Shown: positions 9,092-22,308 of the stretch, piece by piece
How the letters are laid out: each line of letters opens with the position of its first letter
How positions within the stretch are numbered: the first letter of the stretch is position 1
Sequence record: ON631220.1
Length of the DNA stretch: 64,000 bases
Strand: one strand, 5' to 3'
Position numbers and translations under genes: made by a program
The notes under the pieces: model-generated
Seen by the model: the letters and a program-made list of their open reading frames with translations, nothing else
The model's database searches: none
Told to the model about the DNA's origin: nothing

Positions 9092-10540
9092 CTATTTTGG
9101 GAGAATAAATTGTGTATAGGGTGATTGATAGATAGCTGAACCATCATCCGTCACGAACACAATTGAATATGAATAAGAATATGGGCCTTCAGCTACTACA
9201 AGAATTTCCATTTTAACTTTATTAGCTCCAATACGAGCTAATTGGTTTCTACTTGGAATATCGATATTTAATACAAGCTTTAATTTTATCTTACGATCTT
9301 TAAATGTGATCGGAACTTCTACAAAGCCTGTATTAGATGTAATCGTCTTAAGTAGTTGATAGCCAACTTTCTTACCCTTTGCGACTTCCTCGAAGAAGTG
9401 CTCGGTAATATCAATAATACCAACCGACTCTCCAAGTTTACCAGCCAAGTAATCTTCAAGACGACTGCGCATAACATTAAATGTAGCTACAGCATCATTT
9501 GCCATACGTGGTGGATTAAGAGTCCGACTAATGAGTTCATCTGTTGGCGTCGACAAAACATTGATATCTTTCCATACGACTAGAGCAGGTAGCCCCATGG
9601 ATTCAATTTTCTGTCGAATGGTTGCACGATATGCGTTTGCCAAATTGATGATACCCAGTTCTGGATTTTCAGTACCCAGTGCTTCTGTATGCATATTAAT
9701 TAGTAACTGGAGATACTCATCTGGTTCATTTGCCTTATATACACTGAAGGTTGCTTCAGAGATACGACGCCCTAAAATTAAATCAGCTTTAGCTAATTTA
9801 TCTTTAGCAGTGTCTTTTGGTTTATGACCATAGTTATGCATACGACCTAAGTTATAGGTGTAATAGAACCCATCTGGTTCTTCTCCAGAGTTAATGGCGA
9901 AGAGTAACCTACTTTCGAGGATAAGTGGATTAACAACTTGTTTTTTAAGTTTGTTAATTTCCTCGCCTTTAACCGAAACCATCACTGGCTTATCATTATT
10001 CTGTCCCGAACCAAGCTTAGCGTTAGCATCAGCTTTTTCATTACCAATGTCTCCGTTATGTCCACGGACCCATTGGATGCTTAATGGTTTATTAGTTTCT
10101 TCCCATTTAGCTTTTAGTTCGACCATCTGTTTCCATAGGTCCTGGTTTGCTACCGGCGTGCCGTCTGATTTAATCCAATTAGACTTAATCCATTTGGGTA
10201 AATATGCGGTCATACCTTTTCTAACGTATTCACTATCCATGAGCATCGTTAGTCTAGGAGCATCTGCTTCATGGGCTATTTTGAAAGCCTCAATCGCAGC
10301 GGTTAGCTCACCTGTATTATTAGTAGGGTTATTAGTTACACTACCAAATGCATCAATATAATTTAAAACAGTGCATGTCTCATCTGCACCTACATCTAAG
10401 TATCCCTTAGCTGTTGGTTGCTGTTTGGTGGCTGCTTTAGATTTCATTGCAACATTTTCATAGGTATAACCATGAATACCCCAACCAGCTTTACCCTGTC
10501 GGAATGATCCGTCAGTGTATAAAACCATACCGTCTGACAT
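9092..10540 (-). CDS. rnh: Ribonuclease H with long C-terminal extension (phiKZ gp155-like)
   Basis: RNase HI motifs YTDGS, TNNTGEL, DSEYV, NQDLW and WVRGHNGDIGNEKAD. Confidence 0.92.
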   Translation of the reverse strand: MSDGMVLYTDGSFRQGKAGWGIHGYTYENVAMKSKAATKQQPTAKGYLDVGADETCTVLNYIDAFGSVTNNPTNNTGELTAAIEAFKIAHEADAPRLTMLMDSEYVRKGMTAYLPKWIKSNWIKSDGTPVANQDLWKQMVELKAKWEETNKPLSIQWVRGHNGDIGNEKADANAKLGSGQNNDKPVMVSVKGEEINKLKKQVVNPLILESRLLFAINSGEEPDGFYYTYNLGRMHNYGHKPKDTAKDKLAKADLILGRRISEATFSVYKANEPDEYLQLLINMHTEALGTENPELGIINLANAYRATIRQKIESMGLPALVVWKDINVLSTPTDELISRTLNPPRMANDAVATFNVMRSRLEDYLAGKLGESVGIIDITEHFFEEVAKGKKVGYQLLKTITSNTGFVEVPITFKDRKIKLKLVLNIDIPSRNQLARIGANKVKMEILVVAEGPYSYSYSIVFVTDDGSAIYQSPYTQFILPK

Positions 10541-10595
10541 TATTGTTTCCTCATGTGATCGATTACTAAACTAGATAATAATTCTATCAAGTAAA

Positions 10596-10997
10596 TTACT
10601 CATCACACTTTGCACGCCATTCTTCATATGCTTGCTCAATTTTAGCGCGCTCAGATACAATATGTGACTTTAATTCTTTTATATAGTCAGTCAACAAGAT
10701 ATCGATTTGTTCCGGAGTTTCTATAAACTCTGTAATAATCGGTGTTGGCGGTACCGGTTTCTTTCTTGGTAGTTCGAAAACCATACACTTCTTACTAGTA
10801 TCCTTACTATATTTTTTAGGTGTAGGCAGAACTTTTTGTATTACCTCTTCTTTAGTTGTAACAACAGATGTATGATCATCTGTAGAAGAGGAGTGCTCAT
10901 ATTGGACCACAGTCGTGTTGTGCGTGTGGTACTCATGTGGCGTATAAACACAGCCACTGATAAGTGGTAGGAGTATTAGAAAGAACTTTCTTGACAT
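10596..10997 (-). CDS. Lipoprotein, putative o-spanin
   Basis: MSRKFFLILLPLISG-C lipobox, Pro-rich segment (LPRKKPVPPTP) and C-terminal helix; directly downstream of an i-spanin-like gene. Confidence 0.65.
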   Translation of the reverse strand: MSRKFFLILLPLISGCVYTPHEYHTHNTTVVQYEHSSSTDDHTSVVTTKEEVIQKVLPTPKKYSKDTSKKCMVFELPRKKPVPPTPIITEFIETPEQIDILLTDYIKELKSHIVSERAKIEQAYEEWRAKCDE

Positions 10998-11017
10998 GTG
11001 ATCCACCAATTTGGTAC

Positions 11018-11308
11018 TTACTTTAGCAAGTCATTTAAACGACGGCGGCGCTCAAGCATTTCAGCCTTCTCAGGCGTCATTTTCTTGAGTCGATCCATTT
11101 CGGCTTTAACGGCCCAGTTGCTTGCTTTAACTGACTTCAACTCACTAGTCACTATGAATAAGGTACCTAGTAATATTACAACTAGGATTAACATTGCCGT
11201 GACATGTTTGTTTTCCAGCAACACTTCCTTAATTGTTCTATCACCAAAGATAGCCCTCTTAAGGAATGGCCAAACGAAGAGCAAGGCTTTAATAGTCAAA
11301 CCGAGCAT
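11018..11308 (-). CDS. Membrane protein, putative i-spanin
   Basis: TM helix (AMLILVVILLGTLFIV) followed by a coiled coil; GAGG RBS; upstream of the lipoprotein gene. Confidence 0.6.
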   Translation of the reverse strand: MLGLTIKALLFVWPFLKRAIFGDRTIKEVLLENKHVTAMLILVVILLGTLFIVTSELKSVKASNWAVKAEMDRLKKMTPEKAEMLERRRRLNDLLK

Positions 11309-11483
11309 GATGACCTCTGTTAGTACTATGCCTACCCATAAAAGCCAGTATTGGCATTTCTATCAATAGACTGTTACAAGGGTATTACGTAAAGCTCATA
11401 ATACCAGACTTTTTATTTTAACACAACTAGAACAGACTGATTTTATAGATGGAAACCCATCGCGCTCTAATTATGAGGATTAA

Positions 11484-12824
<1,341 letters not shown>

Positions 12825-12831
12825 TGCATAA

Positions 12832-12859
12832 ATGAGAGAGGGCAAAGGCCCTCTCTTAT
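12832..12859 (+). terminator. Terminator hairpin
   Basis: GAGAGGGC-AAAG-GCCCTCTC followed by TTAT. Confidence 0.7.
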
Positions 12860-12879
12860 ATTAATCTAAAGGTGGTGCA

Positions 12880-13830
12880 ATGCGTAGATTCACTCTTAAT
12901 CTTGCGGATAACCCGCGTGGACAAGATCCACGAATAGGTTTCTTCAAAGCAGTTACAACAGCATATCCGGATTTAGGTTTATCTGAGGATAAGTCCATTA
13001 TTGTAATGGTAATGGATAGTGTAACTATCGATGAGCCTAATAGGGCATTTGTTCGCATTCAGAAAGATGCAACTAATAGTGCTGTTTATTACGACTTTCT
13101 TTATAATCGTTTTAATGTTAATGATTATATTAAAAATCCATATTGGACAGCATCAGAAGTAACGGTTGTTCAAGGGTTAAAAAATAGCGAAGCTTTAGTT
13201 GCGTATGTTGCTAATAAAGCTAAATTAAATTTTACTGCTAGTGACATATGGTTAGAAATATCTAATATAACGTATACCGGTGGTAAGAAACAACCAAACT
13301 TTTTATTTAAAGCTATTGATTCGTCACTATGGTGGAGAGGATGGTTAAATCTATGGTTACATTCAGGTGGTGATGTTGACCCTGATCCGCCGGACCCTGA
13401 TCCAGATCCTGATCCAGAACCAACAGATGGATATCAGATATTCCCGCAATTGCTTGTACCATTTACAATTACAGTTGATAATGAAACAGGTAAATTTGGT
13501 AATTGGATTTGTCCACCTTATGACCAAGCTATAGGTAGACTATTAGTACTAATGCCTAAACCAGATGATGCTCAAATAGTAGAGTCACCTAAAGGTGTTA
13601 TACTGCCCTCTGGTAATAGCGAGAAACTTAAAGCTGGTGCTGAATATCGAATACTGAATTTAACTAATGAAGATGTTGATATAGCCACTGCTTATCAACA
13701 GAGTATCATTAGGCCAATGTATACAAGTACTGGTTTCTTACCTAATAATGGCTATACTCGATTTATCTGTTATAATGAAACAACTAAAGCGATGTATACA
13801 CTTGGTCTATCATGGTGGATGCAATCATGA
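12880..13830 (+). CDS. Two-domain protein with (PD)n linker, possibly tail/baseplate-associated
   Basis: 316 aa with a DPDPPDPDPDPDPEP linker; the C-domain resembles the product of the next gene. Confidence 0.6.
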   Translation: MRRFTLNLADNPRGQDPRIGFFKAVTTAYPDLGLSEDKSIIVMVMDSVTIDEPNRAFVRIQKDATNSAVYYDFLYNRFNVNDYIKNPYWTASEVTVVQGLKNSEALVAYVANKAKLNFTASDIWLEISNITYTGGKKQPNFLFKAIDSSLWWRGWLNLWLHSGGDVDPDPPDPDPDPDPEPTDGYQIFPQLLVPFTITVDNETGKFGNWICPPYDQAIGRLLVLMPKPDDAQIVESPKGVILPSGNSEKLKAGAEYRILNLTNEDVDIATAYQQSIIRPMYTSTGFLPNNGYTRFICYNETTKAMYTLGLSWWMQS

Positions 13831-14231
13831 GTGAATTCTGTTATATCTACCCACCTATGAAAGTAATTGATACGTCTAAAGCAACTGGACGTAAGTTTGA
13901 TATTGACTCAACTTATCTTAATGCACACATTATCGTTGAAGATCCTAATTATACTGATAATGATAATTCAGATAGTCCATTTATAGTAAATTTACCAGCT
14001 ACTGCTTATGATACCAAAAAAGGTAAATATGTATTTACTATTGCTAATAAGACAAATGGATTACTGGTGATTCGTGCTTATGGTAATCGTTTAGTTGGTA
14101 ACAGAGTACTCAAAGTTGACTGTCAATTAAACAAAGGTGAGGCATGTGAATATAGAACGGTTTATAATTCATTAGAAAATGAATTATACTGGTCTATTGA
14201 AGGACGTGTAATGATGGATGTACAGGAGTAA
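13827..14231 (+). CDS. Hypothetical protein with a tail-fibre-like beta module
   Basis: ATGA overlap with the previous stop; VNLP...YVFTIANKT...I pattern. Confidence 0.6.
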   Translation: MSEFCYIYPPMKVIDTSKATGRKFDIDSTYLNAHIIVEDPNYTDNDNSDSPFIVNLPATAYDTKKGKYVFTIANKTNGLLVIRAYGNRLVGNRVLKVDCQLNKGEACEYRTVYNSLENELYWSIEGRVMMDVQE

Positions 14232-14234
14232 ATC

Positions 14235-14708
14235 ATGGCAGATACATCTAAATGTGATAATTTCATTCCTGGTGCATTTTACACAACAATAAATAAATAT
14301 CCATTAAAAATGAAACACCCTCTTTATGGAGATGATGTTATTTATAATCTACTAGATGTTAAAGATTATTTTGATACTAACATTATCTTTAAAGAAGAAG
14401 ATGGATATGTATCATCGCCGACAACGCCTACATTCATTGGCACTGTTATTAAATACAATGCGTCATTGCCGAATGGATTTACTTTCGTATTAAGTTTCTA
14501 TGAAAAAGATCCTATTAATGGCGCAGAGACTAGGAACTCATTAAGTTTTTGGGCACAAGACAAAGATGGTAAATTAGTTATACCTAGAGGTTTTCCATTT
14601 GAAGATGCTTCTGTGCGCGGTACGGTTGGACAAAGATTTATATTAGTCAGACCTAATGGCCAAACAACTGGTGATTATATTTGGGTTTGTCCTGGTCAAG
14701 CATTTTAA
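14235..14708 (+). CDS. Hypothetical protein
   Basis: 157 aa ORF with GGAG RBS. Confidence 0.75.
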   Translation: MADTSKCDNFIPGAFYTTINKYPLKMKHPLYGDDVIYNLLDVKDYFDTNIIFKEEDGYVSSPTTPTFIGTVIKYNASLPNGFTFVLSFYEKDPINGAETRNSLSFWAQDKDGKLVIPRGFPFEDASVRGTVGQRFILVRPNGQTTGDYIWVCPGQAF

Positions 14709-14714
14709 TTTAAA

Positions 14715-14748
14715 GCGGATCTGCTTTAAAGCAGATCCGCTATTATTT
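14715..14748 (+). terminator. Terminator (perfect 26-bp palindrome)
   Basis: GCGGATCTGCTTTAAAGCAGATCCGC followed by TATTATTT. Confidence 0.75.
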
Positions 14749-14782
14749 CGTCTTAAAGTAACTATAGTGCTCAATTGAATGA

Positions 14783-15442
<660 letters not shown>

Positions 15443-15477
15443 CAACCTTATGAACTTTAATACTCCGGAGTTTTAAA

Positions 15478-17046
15478 ATGGCTAAGAAAAAAACAGTTCC
15501 CGCAATGGATTTCTTTGCAAGTCTTGAGCGCGTTTCTGATGCTGAAGATAAGAATGTCAATCTTGATGTTGGTAAAGAATTACCAGAACAATTAAAAGAT
15601 GATGAAGATGGTAAAGTAAATCCATGTGATGAAGTTACCAATGTCGTTACCAATACCCCAATTGACGTATGCAAAGGTCCAGATGTTGATGGAACTGCTG
15701 ATAAGATCAATGATAAGAAGATTCATGTTAGTCAAGGGCTAAAAGAATTCCAAGTAGCTAAAGGTGATCGTGTTGAAAACGAAATCACTGAAACAGCTGA
15801 TGAAATGATCACTAAAGTAAGTGATACTAAAGATCTTAATGTTAGTACCAAAAAACCACACCAAATTGCAGATGTCCCATCGAATGAAGACATTTCTATT
15901 ATGGAAGCCAATGAGACTGAGCAGCTAGACCATGGCTATGATGCCACCGCACTACTGGAAACTACTGAAGATATCATCACTGGTGAACTAGATGATCATC
16001 TAGAATCATTATCAGTTGAAATGTTTACAATTGTAAATGAACTGACTAAAGTAGAATCTGTTCAAACTGCATTAGAAAACTATATTGGTTTAGTTAGTAA
16101 CCGCCATCATCGCGGGCATGATGTCGATCATGATCTAGCTAAAGCTATTAGCATCGCGCTAGAGTCATTTGACTATAAATATTTTAATAACACTGTGCCA
16201 TCAATGGAATCCTTTATATCACCGCTAACTCGGCCTAAAGCTTCTATTGAAGTATTAGATAATCTACAAGCTAAAGCAAAAGAAGTATCTACTGTTGCAT
16301 TAGATTTCATTAAGAAGCTAATTCGCATTGTTGTAGAAACTTATCAACGTATTCGCCAGAATGTCAGTAATCAAATAGAACGCGTTAATAAGATCATGAA
16401 ACGCGTTAAAGAGAATGAACTACCCGATGAAGTTCGTACTATCGCAATTCCACGCGATCTGATTCTAGGTGACACTGGTGAGAGTTGGGTGGGTGTAGAC
16501 CCTGTTCAGGGGGTCACTGTAATCCGTAATCTATTTGACAGTATTGAAAAGAATGGACTGCGTGCTCTTAAAGCAGCCTTAGCTGGAAAAACAACTGATG
16601 ATAAAGCACTGGCTTTAGCTAAAGGTATGTTTGGAACAGCTACCAAAATTAATGCTAATGGTGTTCGCTATGCTAGTCCGGTTGTACCCGGTAATCGTGT
16701 TTATACCTTTGGTAAAGACAAAGCTGCGGTAGACTTCTCCATTCTTGATGCACCGGGTAAACCCAACTATGGAATTACTGTTGAACTATTAGTTGATAAG
16801 AATGTTGTTATGGCTCAGCTAAAAGCAGTTCATAACCTTCTAAATCATCTAAATAATATTCGCGGTATCTCTAAAGAGTCAACTGCTGAAATCATTGCAC
16901 AGATGACTGATAAAGAAGCAACTAATGTCGGTAAGGCTTATCTAACTGGCACCACTGAAGCTAGTAATGATCTGTTTAAATGTGTGATGATTTGGATCAC
17001 CGTACTTGAGAAACTAGTTGATAGTGAAATCAAGGAAACTGAATAG
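15478..17046 (+). CDS. Internal head (inner-body-type) protein, phiKZ gp162-like
   Basis: 522 aa; long acidic N-terminal propeptide with S/A-x-E motifs (SLE, SVE, ALE, SME) matching the known phiKZ prohead protease specificity. Confidence 0.75.
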   Translation: MAKKKTVPAMDFFASLERVSDAEDKNVNLDVGKELPEQLKDDEDGKVNPCDEVTNVVTNTPIDVCKGPDVDGTADKINDKKIHVSQGLKEFQVAKGDRVENEITETADEMITKVSDTKDLNVSTKKPHQIADVPSNEDISIMEANETEQLDHGYDATALLETTEDIITGELDDHLESLSVEMFTIVNELTKVESVQTALENYIGLVSNRHHRGHDVDHDLAKAISIALESFDYKYFNNTVPSMESFISPLTRPKASIEVLDNLQAKAKEVSTVALDFIKKLIRIVVETYQRIRQNVSNQIERVNKIMKRVKENELPDEVRTIAIPRDLILGDTGESWVGVDPVQGVTVIRNLFDSIEKNGLRALKAALAGKTTDDKALALAKGMFGTATKINANGVRYASPVVPGNRVYTFGKDKAAVDFSILDAPGKPNYGITVELLVDKNVVMAQLKAVHNLLNHLNNIRGISKESTAEIIAQMTDKEATNVGKAYLTGTTEASNDLFKCVMIWITVLEKLVDSEIKETE

Positions 17047-17055
17047 GTAAACATA

Positions 17056-18244
17056 ATGTCCACATATGCAGAACTATTAATTACCAATAATGAACTCAAA
17101 GAGGCTATTGTTTCTGTTGAAGCATATCGCCATCGATTAGCTCGTTATCAAGATCTGCTAGATGGACGTGACGTAGCATCTGAAGACCTGTCTAAAGCAA
17201 ATGACATTTGCTTTAGAAAGTATCGATCCCGCCTTCTCCATAAAAGAAGGCGGTATAATTACACTACGTGCTTTAAAAGATGCATTAGTTCGAGCTGCTA
17301 AGGCTGCACGTGATATTGTGCGGATGGTAATCGAAACACTTACGGCATTCTACGTCAAGTTTACTGGCAGTATTTCACATGTGCGTAAAACACAGCAAAA
17401 GTTATCTAGGCGACTTGCAAAACTAGGTAATCGTACGACTAATACTCGACTGACTGTTTCTGGTTTACAGCGGCTATCTATTAACGGTGAATTCATTGGC
17501 GATCGACCAGATAATCTTTTAGATATCAAAGAAGTCACTAATTATATTTTAATGACTTACCCTAAAATGACTTCTAATATTGCTCGAAATATTAGTAGAC
17601 AGGCATTGAATATCTTAGATAATCAAGGCGAAGATACTACTACAGAAATCATTGATGAGTTATTACAATCTTTTGCCGATATCGTGCGTCGTGATTTTAA
17701 AGCACCGCCAGGGGATGAACCACTAAAGAAAGGTGAGACTACTTCTACTGGTACCCATAGAAGTTATATTTTACCAGCTAATCGTGCATTTGTTTATACT
17801 GATGCTGACCATATAGCCACATCAGTTACTAATAAACAATCTGCACTAGAAATGGTTCGCAATACATTTACGATGGAGTTTACAGAGTTACAAATCAATG
17901 CAATTGATAACACTGAACGAGATATAGAAGTACCTTCTGTAACTACACTAAGTGATATTGTAACTGGTATTGCTAATATTTTAACGATCGCTGAACGTGC
18001 TAAGCAAGGCGAAGTAGAATATAAAACAGTTAAGGTAGTTGTAGATGATTCAATTCGACAGCTAGCTGAACGTAGTGAGTTGTTAGGAAGGGCAAATGGC
18101 GAGGCAATTAATATGCTCGCTGAGATATCCCGAAAATTAGCAGAACCTGTTGGTAACTACACCCATTGGTTAGCAGTAACTCTTAAAGTCTGGTTAACAT
18201 TTGTTAGTCACTGCATTACTCACTATGAGAATGAAGGTATTTAA
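17056..18244 (+). CDS. Internal head protein, phiKZ gp163-like, interrupted by a +1 frameshift near 17200 (fused product 395 aa)
   Basis: ORFs 17056..17301 and 17201..18244 join as DLSKA-MTFALESID, which aligns with DLAKAISIALESFD in the adjacent paralog. Confidence 0.7.
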
Positions 18245-18246
18245 CA

Positions 18247-18280
18247 GCATAATCCCTCCCGCAATGGGAGGGCATTATGT
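18247..18280. terminator. Bidirectional terminator (family member)
   Basis: CATAATCCCTCCC-GCAAT-GGGAGGGCATTATG between convergent genes. Confidence 0.8.
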
Positions 18281-18283
18281 TCT

Positions 18284-19456
<1,173 letters not shown>

Positions 19457-19505
19457 TTACTAGGGTTATTAACTCTATAGAGTAAGACATTATTAAGGGT
19501 TAATC

Positions 19506-21998
19506 ATGCAGATCAAGCTACTTAAGCTAATTGGCTATACTAGGTTGATGGCCAATAATACACATTATTTTGAATGGACTCCAAGCAAACAGATGATGGT
19601 TATACTTGGTAGTAATGGTTCTGGCAAATCATCTATTATTAGTGAACTGACACCTGTTGTATCTAGCAGTTCAAACTTCAAGCAAGGTGGCGAGAAACAT
19701 TTCCATTGTCATGCAAATGGTAAAGACTATAAATTAATTTCTAAATATAACCGTGGCACTGGACATCATTCCTTTTTATGTAATGATGAAGAATTAAATA
19801 GTGGTCATACCTTTAAAGAACAAGAAGAACTTGTAATGGCGCATTTCGGGTTAAACCGAGAACTGCATGAAATGTTGACAGGTAAGATGCGTTTTACAAA
19901 GTTAAAACCTAATGAACGTAAAGCATGGTTAACTAGAATGTCTGTAGTTAACCTTGATTATGCATTTAATGTTTATAACAAAGTACGTAAAGAATTATCT
20001 AACCAGCAAGGTACTGTTAAAACAATTAATAAGCGATTGGTCACAGAACACCATGGGGTATTGAATGATTCAGAAATGACACAGTTGAAAGAAGTGAAAC
20101 AACGGTTAGTTAGCCGTATTGATTTACTTTATAAAACACGTGATAAGAAAGGTGTCCTTCATTTTAGAGATGAAACTACTGCACGTAAAGAATTAGATTC
20201 TATCTTAGATGAAGCTCGTTCATTGTTAATGTCATTTCCAATGTTACCTATTCAAGTTAAAGTAGATGGGTATGAATCATTCTTAGAACTAAATAATAAG
20301 AAGATTGAGGAATATAAATCTATACAAGCAGTTATTGCACGTTTAGTTGAAGAATTAGAGGAATTAAAAAGCTCTAATCCGAATACAGCTGAACGTATGT
20401 CTCCAGAAGAAATACAAGAACTTAAGGATAGACATGAACATCATACACGCATTGCTGAAGAAGCTATTAGTAAATATAAAAAGTATACCGGTAGATTTCC
20501 TTTGGTTGACATTTCTGTTAACGGTGATCCATCTGGTAAACTTACTGATCTCTCAGATCGTTGGATCAAACTTCTCACTACATTCCCTAATAATGAGAAT
20601 GGTTACTTAAGTAAAGAAACTGCTATTAAAAATGCAGAAAGGCTAAAAGAATTAAAAAGTAAATATTCAACCATGGAAGGCATGTATTTACAAATTAATC
20701 AACGCCTAAATTCATTTAAGGAATGTGCGTCTATTACTTGCCCATCATGCACTCATTCATTTAAACCTGGTGTTAGTGAACAAGATATCACAATAGCAGA
20801 AGAGCGCAAAGCTAAGTTAGATGAAGCGATGGATAGCTGTTCAAATGAGATCAAGGTTCTTGAACAGTACATGACTGACTTCAATGAATATGTAAGTTAT
20901 GTACATGGCTACGTTCAATTAACGAAAGAGTATAACGAATTTGATACATTATGGAACTATGTAGCTGAACATGTCGTAATGTATCGCACACCAGCAAAAT
21001 ATATAAATGATGCATTAGACTGGCGAGATGCAATGCAGCAACTCATTGTCTCTAAGCAAGCTCATGCGGAAGCTACTTTATTAGCTCAACGACTACGTGT
21101 TATTGCTGAGATGGATCAAGATGCATTAGGGTTCATTAAGGCACGTACAACTGCACTAGAAACTGAAATTAATAATAAAACACATGTAGCAGCTGACTTA
21201 CAAAGAAAAGCATCTCATTTCAATAAAGCTGGTAATGCTATTCGTGAATGGGAAGATAAGTATCATTCTTTTATTGAACGATGGGAGCAGTTTATTAAAA
21301 AGATAGTGGATACAGCTGATAACTTTGTAGATAAGGCATACCAAGCAGAGATTGATGCTGTTAACTTAGAACTATCTAGTGTGCATAGTCGTTTAAGTGA
21401 AATGGAACGTCATGAAGAACGTATTAAAGTTTTAGAATCAGAAGTTAACCATGCACAACAAATGGCTACTGATTTAGCTATTCTTGAAAAAGCATTATCA
21501 CCAAAAAGTGGTATTCTTGGTCGCTATTTATTAGGTTTCTTACAAGGAGTAGTTAAACTAGTAAATGCATACATCAATGAGATTTGGACTTATAGGTTAG
21601 AAGTATTACCTTCTAATGTTGACAAAGATGGCATGGATTATAAGTTCCCAATGCATATTGCAGGTGGTGACGTTCAGCCACCGGACATTGAATACGGGTC
21701 TGACTCACAATTAGAGATTGTTGATTTTGCTTTTAGAATGGCTATCTTGAAATTTTTACATCTAGATGACATGCCCCTTTTCTTAGATGAATTTAGCAGG
21801 ACTTTTGATGAACAACATCGAGCCAATGCTATTCCATTCATTAACAGGTTAATTGAAAATGGCATTGTTAATCAAGTGTTCTTCATCAGCCACTTTGAAT
21901 CAACACACGGTGCATTTAACCAAGCTGAATTTATTGTACTTGATCCAGCTAATATTAGTACTCCAGAAGTATTTAATAAAAATCTAGTATTAAAATAA
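19506..21998 (+). CDS. sbcC: SbcC/Rad50-like SMC ATPase
   Basis: Walker A GSNGSGKSS, coiled coils, central CPSC zinc hook, degenerate signature GSDSQ, Walker B LFLDEF and H-loop ISH. Confidence 0.9.
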   Translation: MQIKLLKLIGYTRLMANNTHYFEWTPSKQMMVILGSNGSGKSSIISELTPVVSSSSNFKQGGEKHFHCHANGKDYKLISKYNRGTGHHSFLCNDEELNSGHTFKEQEELVMAHFGLNRELHEMLTGKMRFTKLKPNERKAWLTRMSVVNLDYAFNVYNKVRKELSNQQGTVKTINKRLVTEHHGVLNDSEMTQLKEVKQRLVSRIDLLYKTRDKKGVLHFRDETTARKELDSILDEARSLLMSFPMLPIQVKVDGYESFLELNNKKIEEYKSIQAVIARLVEELEELKSSNPNTAERMSPEEIQELKDRHEHHTRIAEEAISKYKKYTGRFPLVDISVNGDPSGKLTDLSDRWIKLLTTFPNNENGYLSKETAIKNAERLKELKSKYSTMEGMYLQINQRLNSFKECASITCPSCTHSFKPGVSEQDITIAEERKAKLDEAMDSCSNEIKVLEQYMTDFNEYVSYVHGYVQLTKEYNEFDTLWNYVAEHVVMYRTPAKYINDALDWRDAMQQLIVSKQAHAEATLLAQRLRVIAEMDQDALGFIKARTTALETEINNKTHVAADLQRKASHFNKAGNAIREWEDKYHSFIERWEQFIKKIVDTADNFVDKAYQAEIDAVNLELSSVHSRLSEMERHEERIKVLESEVNHAQQMATDLAILEKALSPKSGILGRYLLGFLQGVVKLVNAYINEIWTYRLEVLPSNVDKDGMDYKFPMHIAGGDVQPPDIEYGSDSQLEIVDFAFRMAILKFLHLDDMPLFLDEFSRTFDEQHRANAIPFINRLIENGIVNQVFFISHFESTHGAFNQAEFIVLDPANISTPEVFNKNLVLK

Positions 21999-22007
21999 TT
22001 ATAAGCA

Positions 22008-22040
22008 ACATAAGCCCTCCCGCAATGGGAGGGCATTATA
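22008..22040. terminator. Bidirectional terminator (family member)
   Basis: CATAAGCCCTCCC-GCAAT-GGGAGGGCATTAT. Confidence 0.8.
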
Positions 22041-22217
22041 TTAGTAACTATCTTTATAAGTGCTATTAAGTGAAACACTTTCAAAACTCTTTTTATTTTT
22101 ATCAGCCTCAACAAAGTCTTTACCAACTGATTGTGGTACACCAACTTTCTTAGCAAACTTCTTATCATTGGCTACAGCAGCCATGAAGTTATGTTGTTTT
22201 TTACTTTTACTAGGCAT
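22041..22217 (-). CDS. Small basic protein absent from the ORF track (58 aa, MPSKSKKQHNFMAAVANDKKFAKKVGVPQSVGKDFVEADK...)
   Basis: Manual translation; GAGGA RBS upstream of the ATG; ends at a terminator; resembles a small protein family I recall from many tailed phages. Confidence 0.8.
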   Translation of the reverse strand: MPSKSKKQHNFMAAVANDKKFAKKVGVPQSVGKDFVEADKNKKSFESVSLNSTYKDSY

Positions 22218-22248
22218 CGTATATTCCTCTAAGTTTTCACAACTACAC

Positions 22249-22274
22249 TAAAAAATAATTAAGATATATATTAC
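22249..22274 (+). promoter_or_regulatory. phiKZ-type early promoter
   Basis: A-tract plus TTAAGATA-TATATTAC upstream of 22309. Confidence 0.75.
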
Positions 22275-22308
22275 TACTATGCATACAATATCTTAAGAGG
22301 TTAATGAC

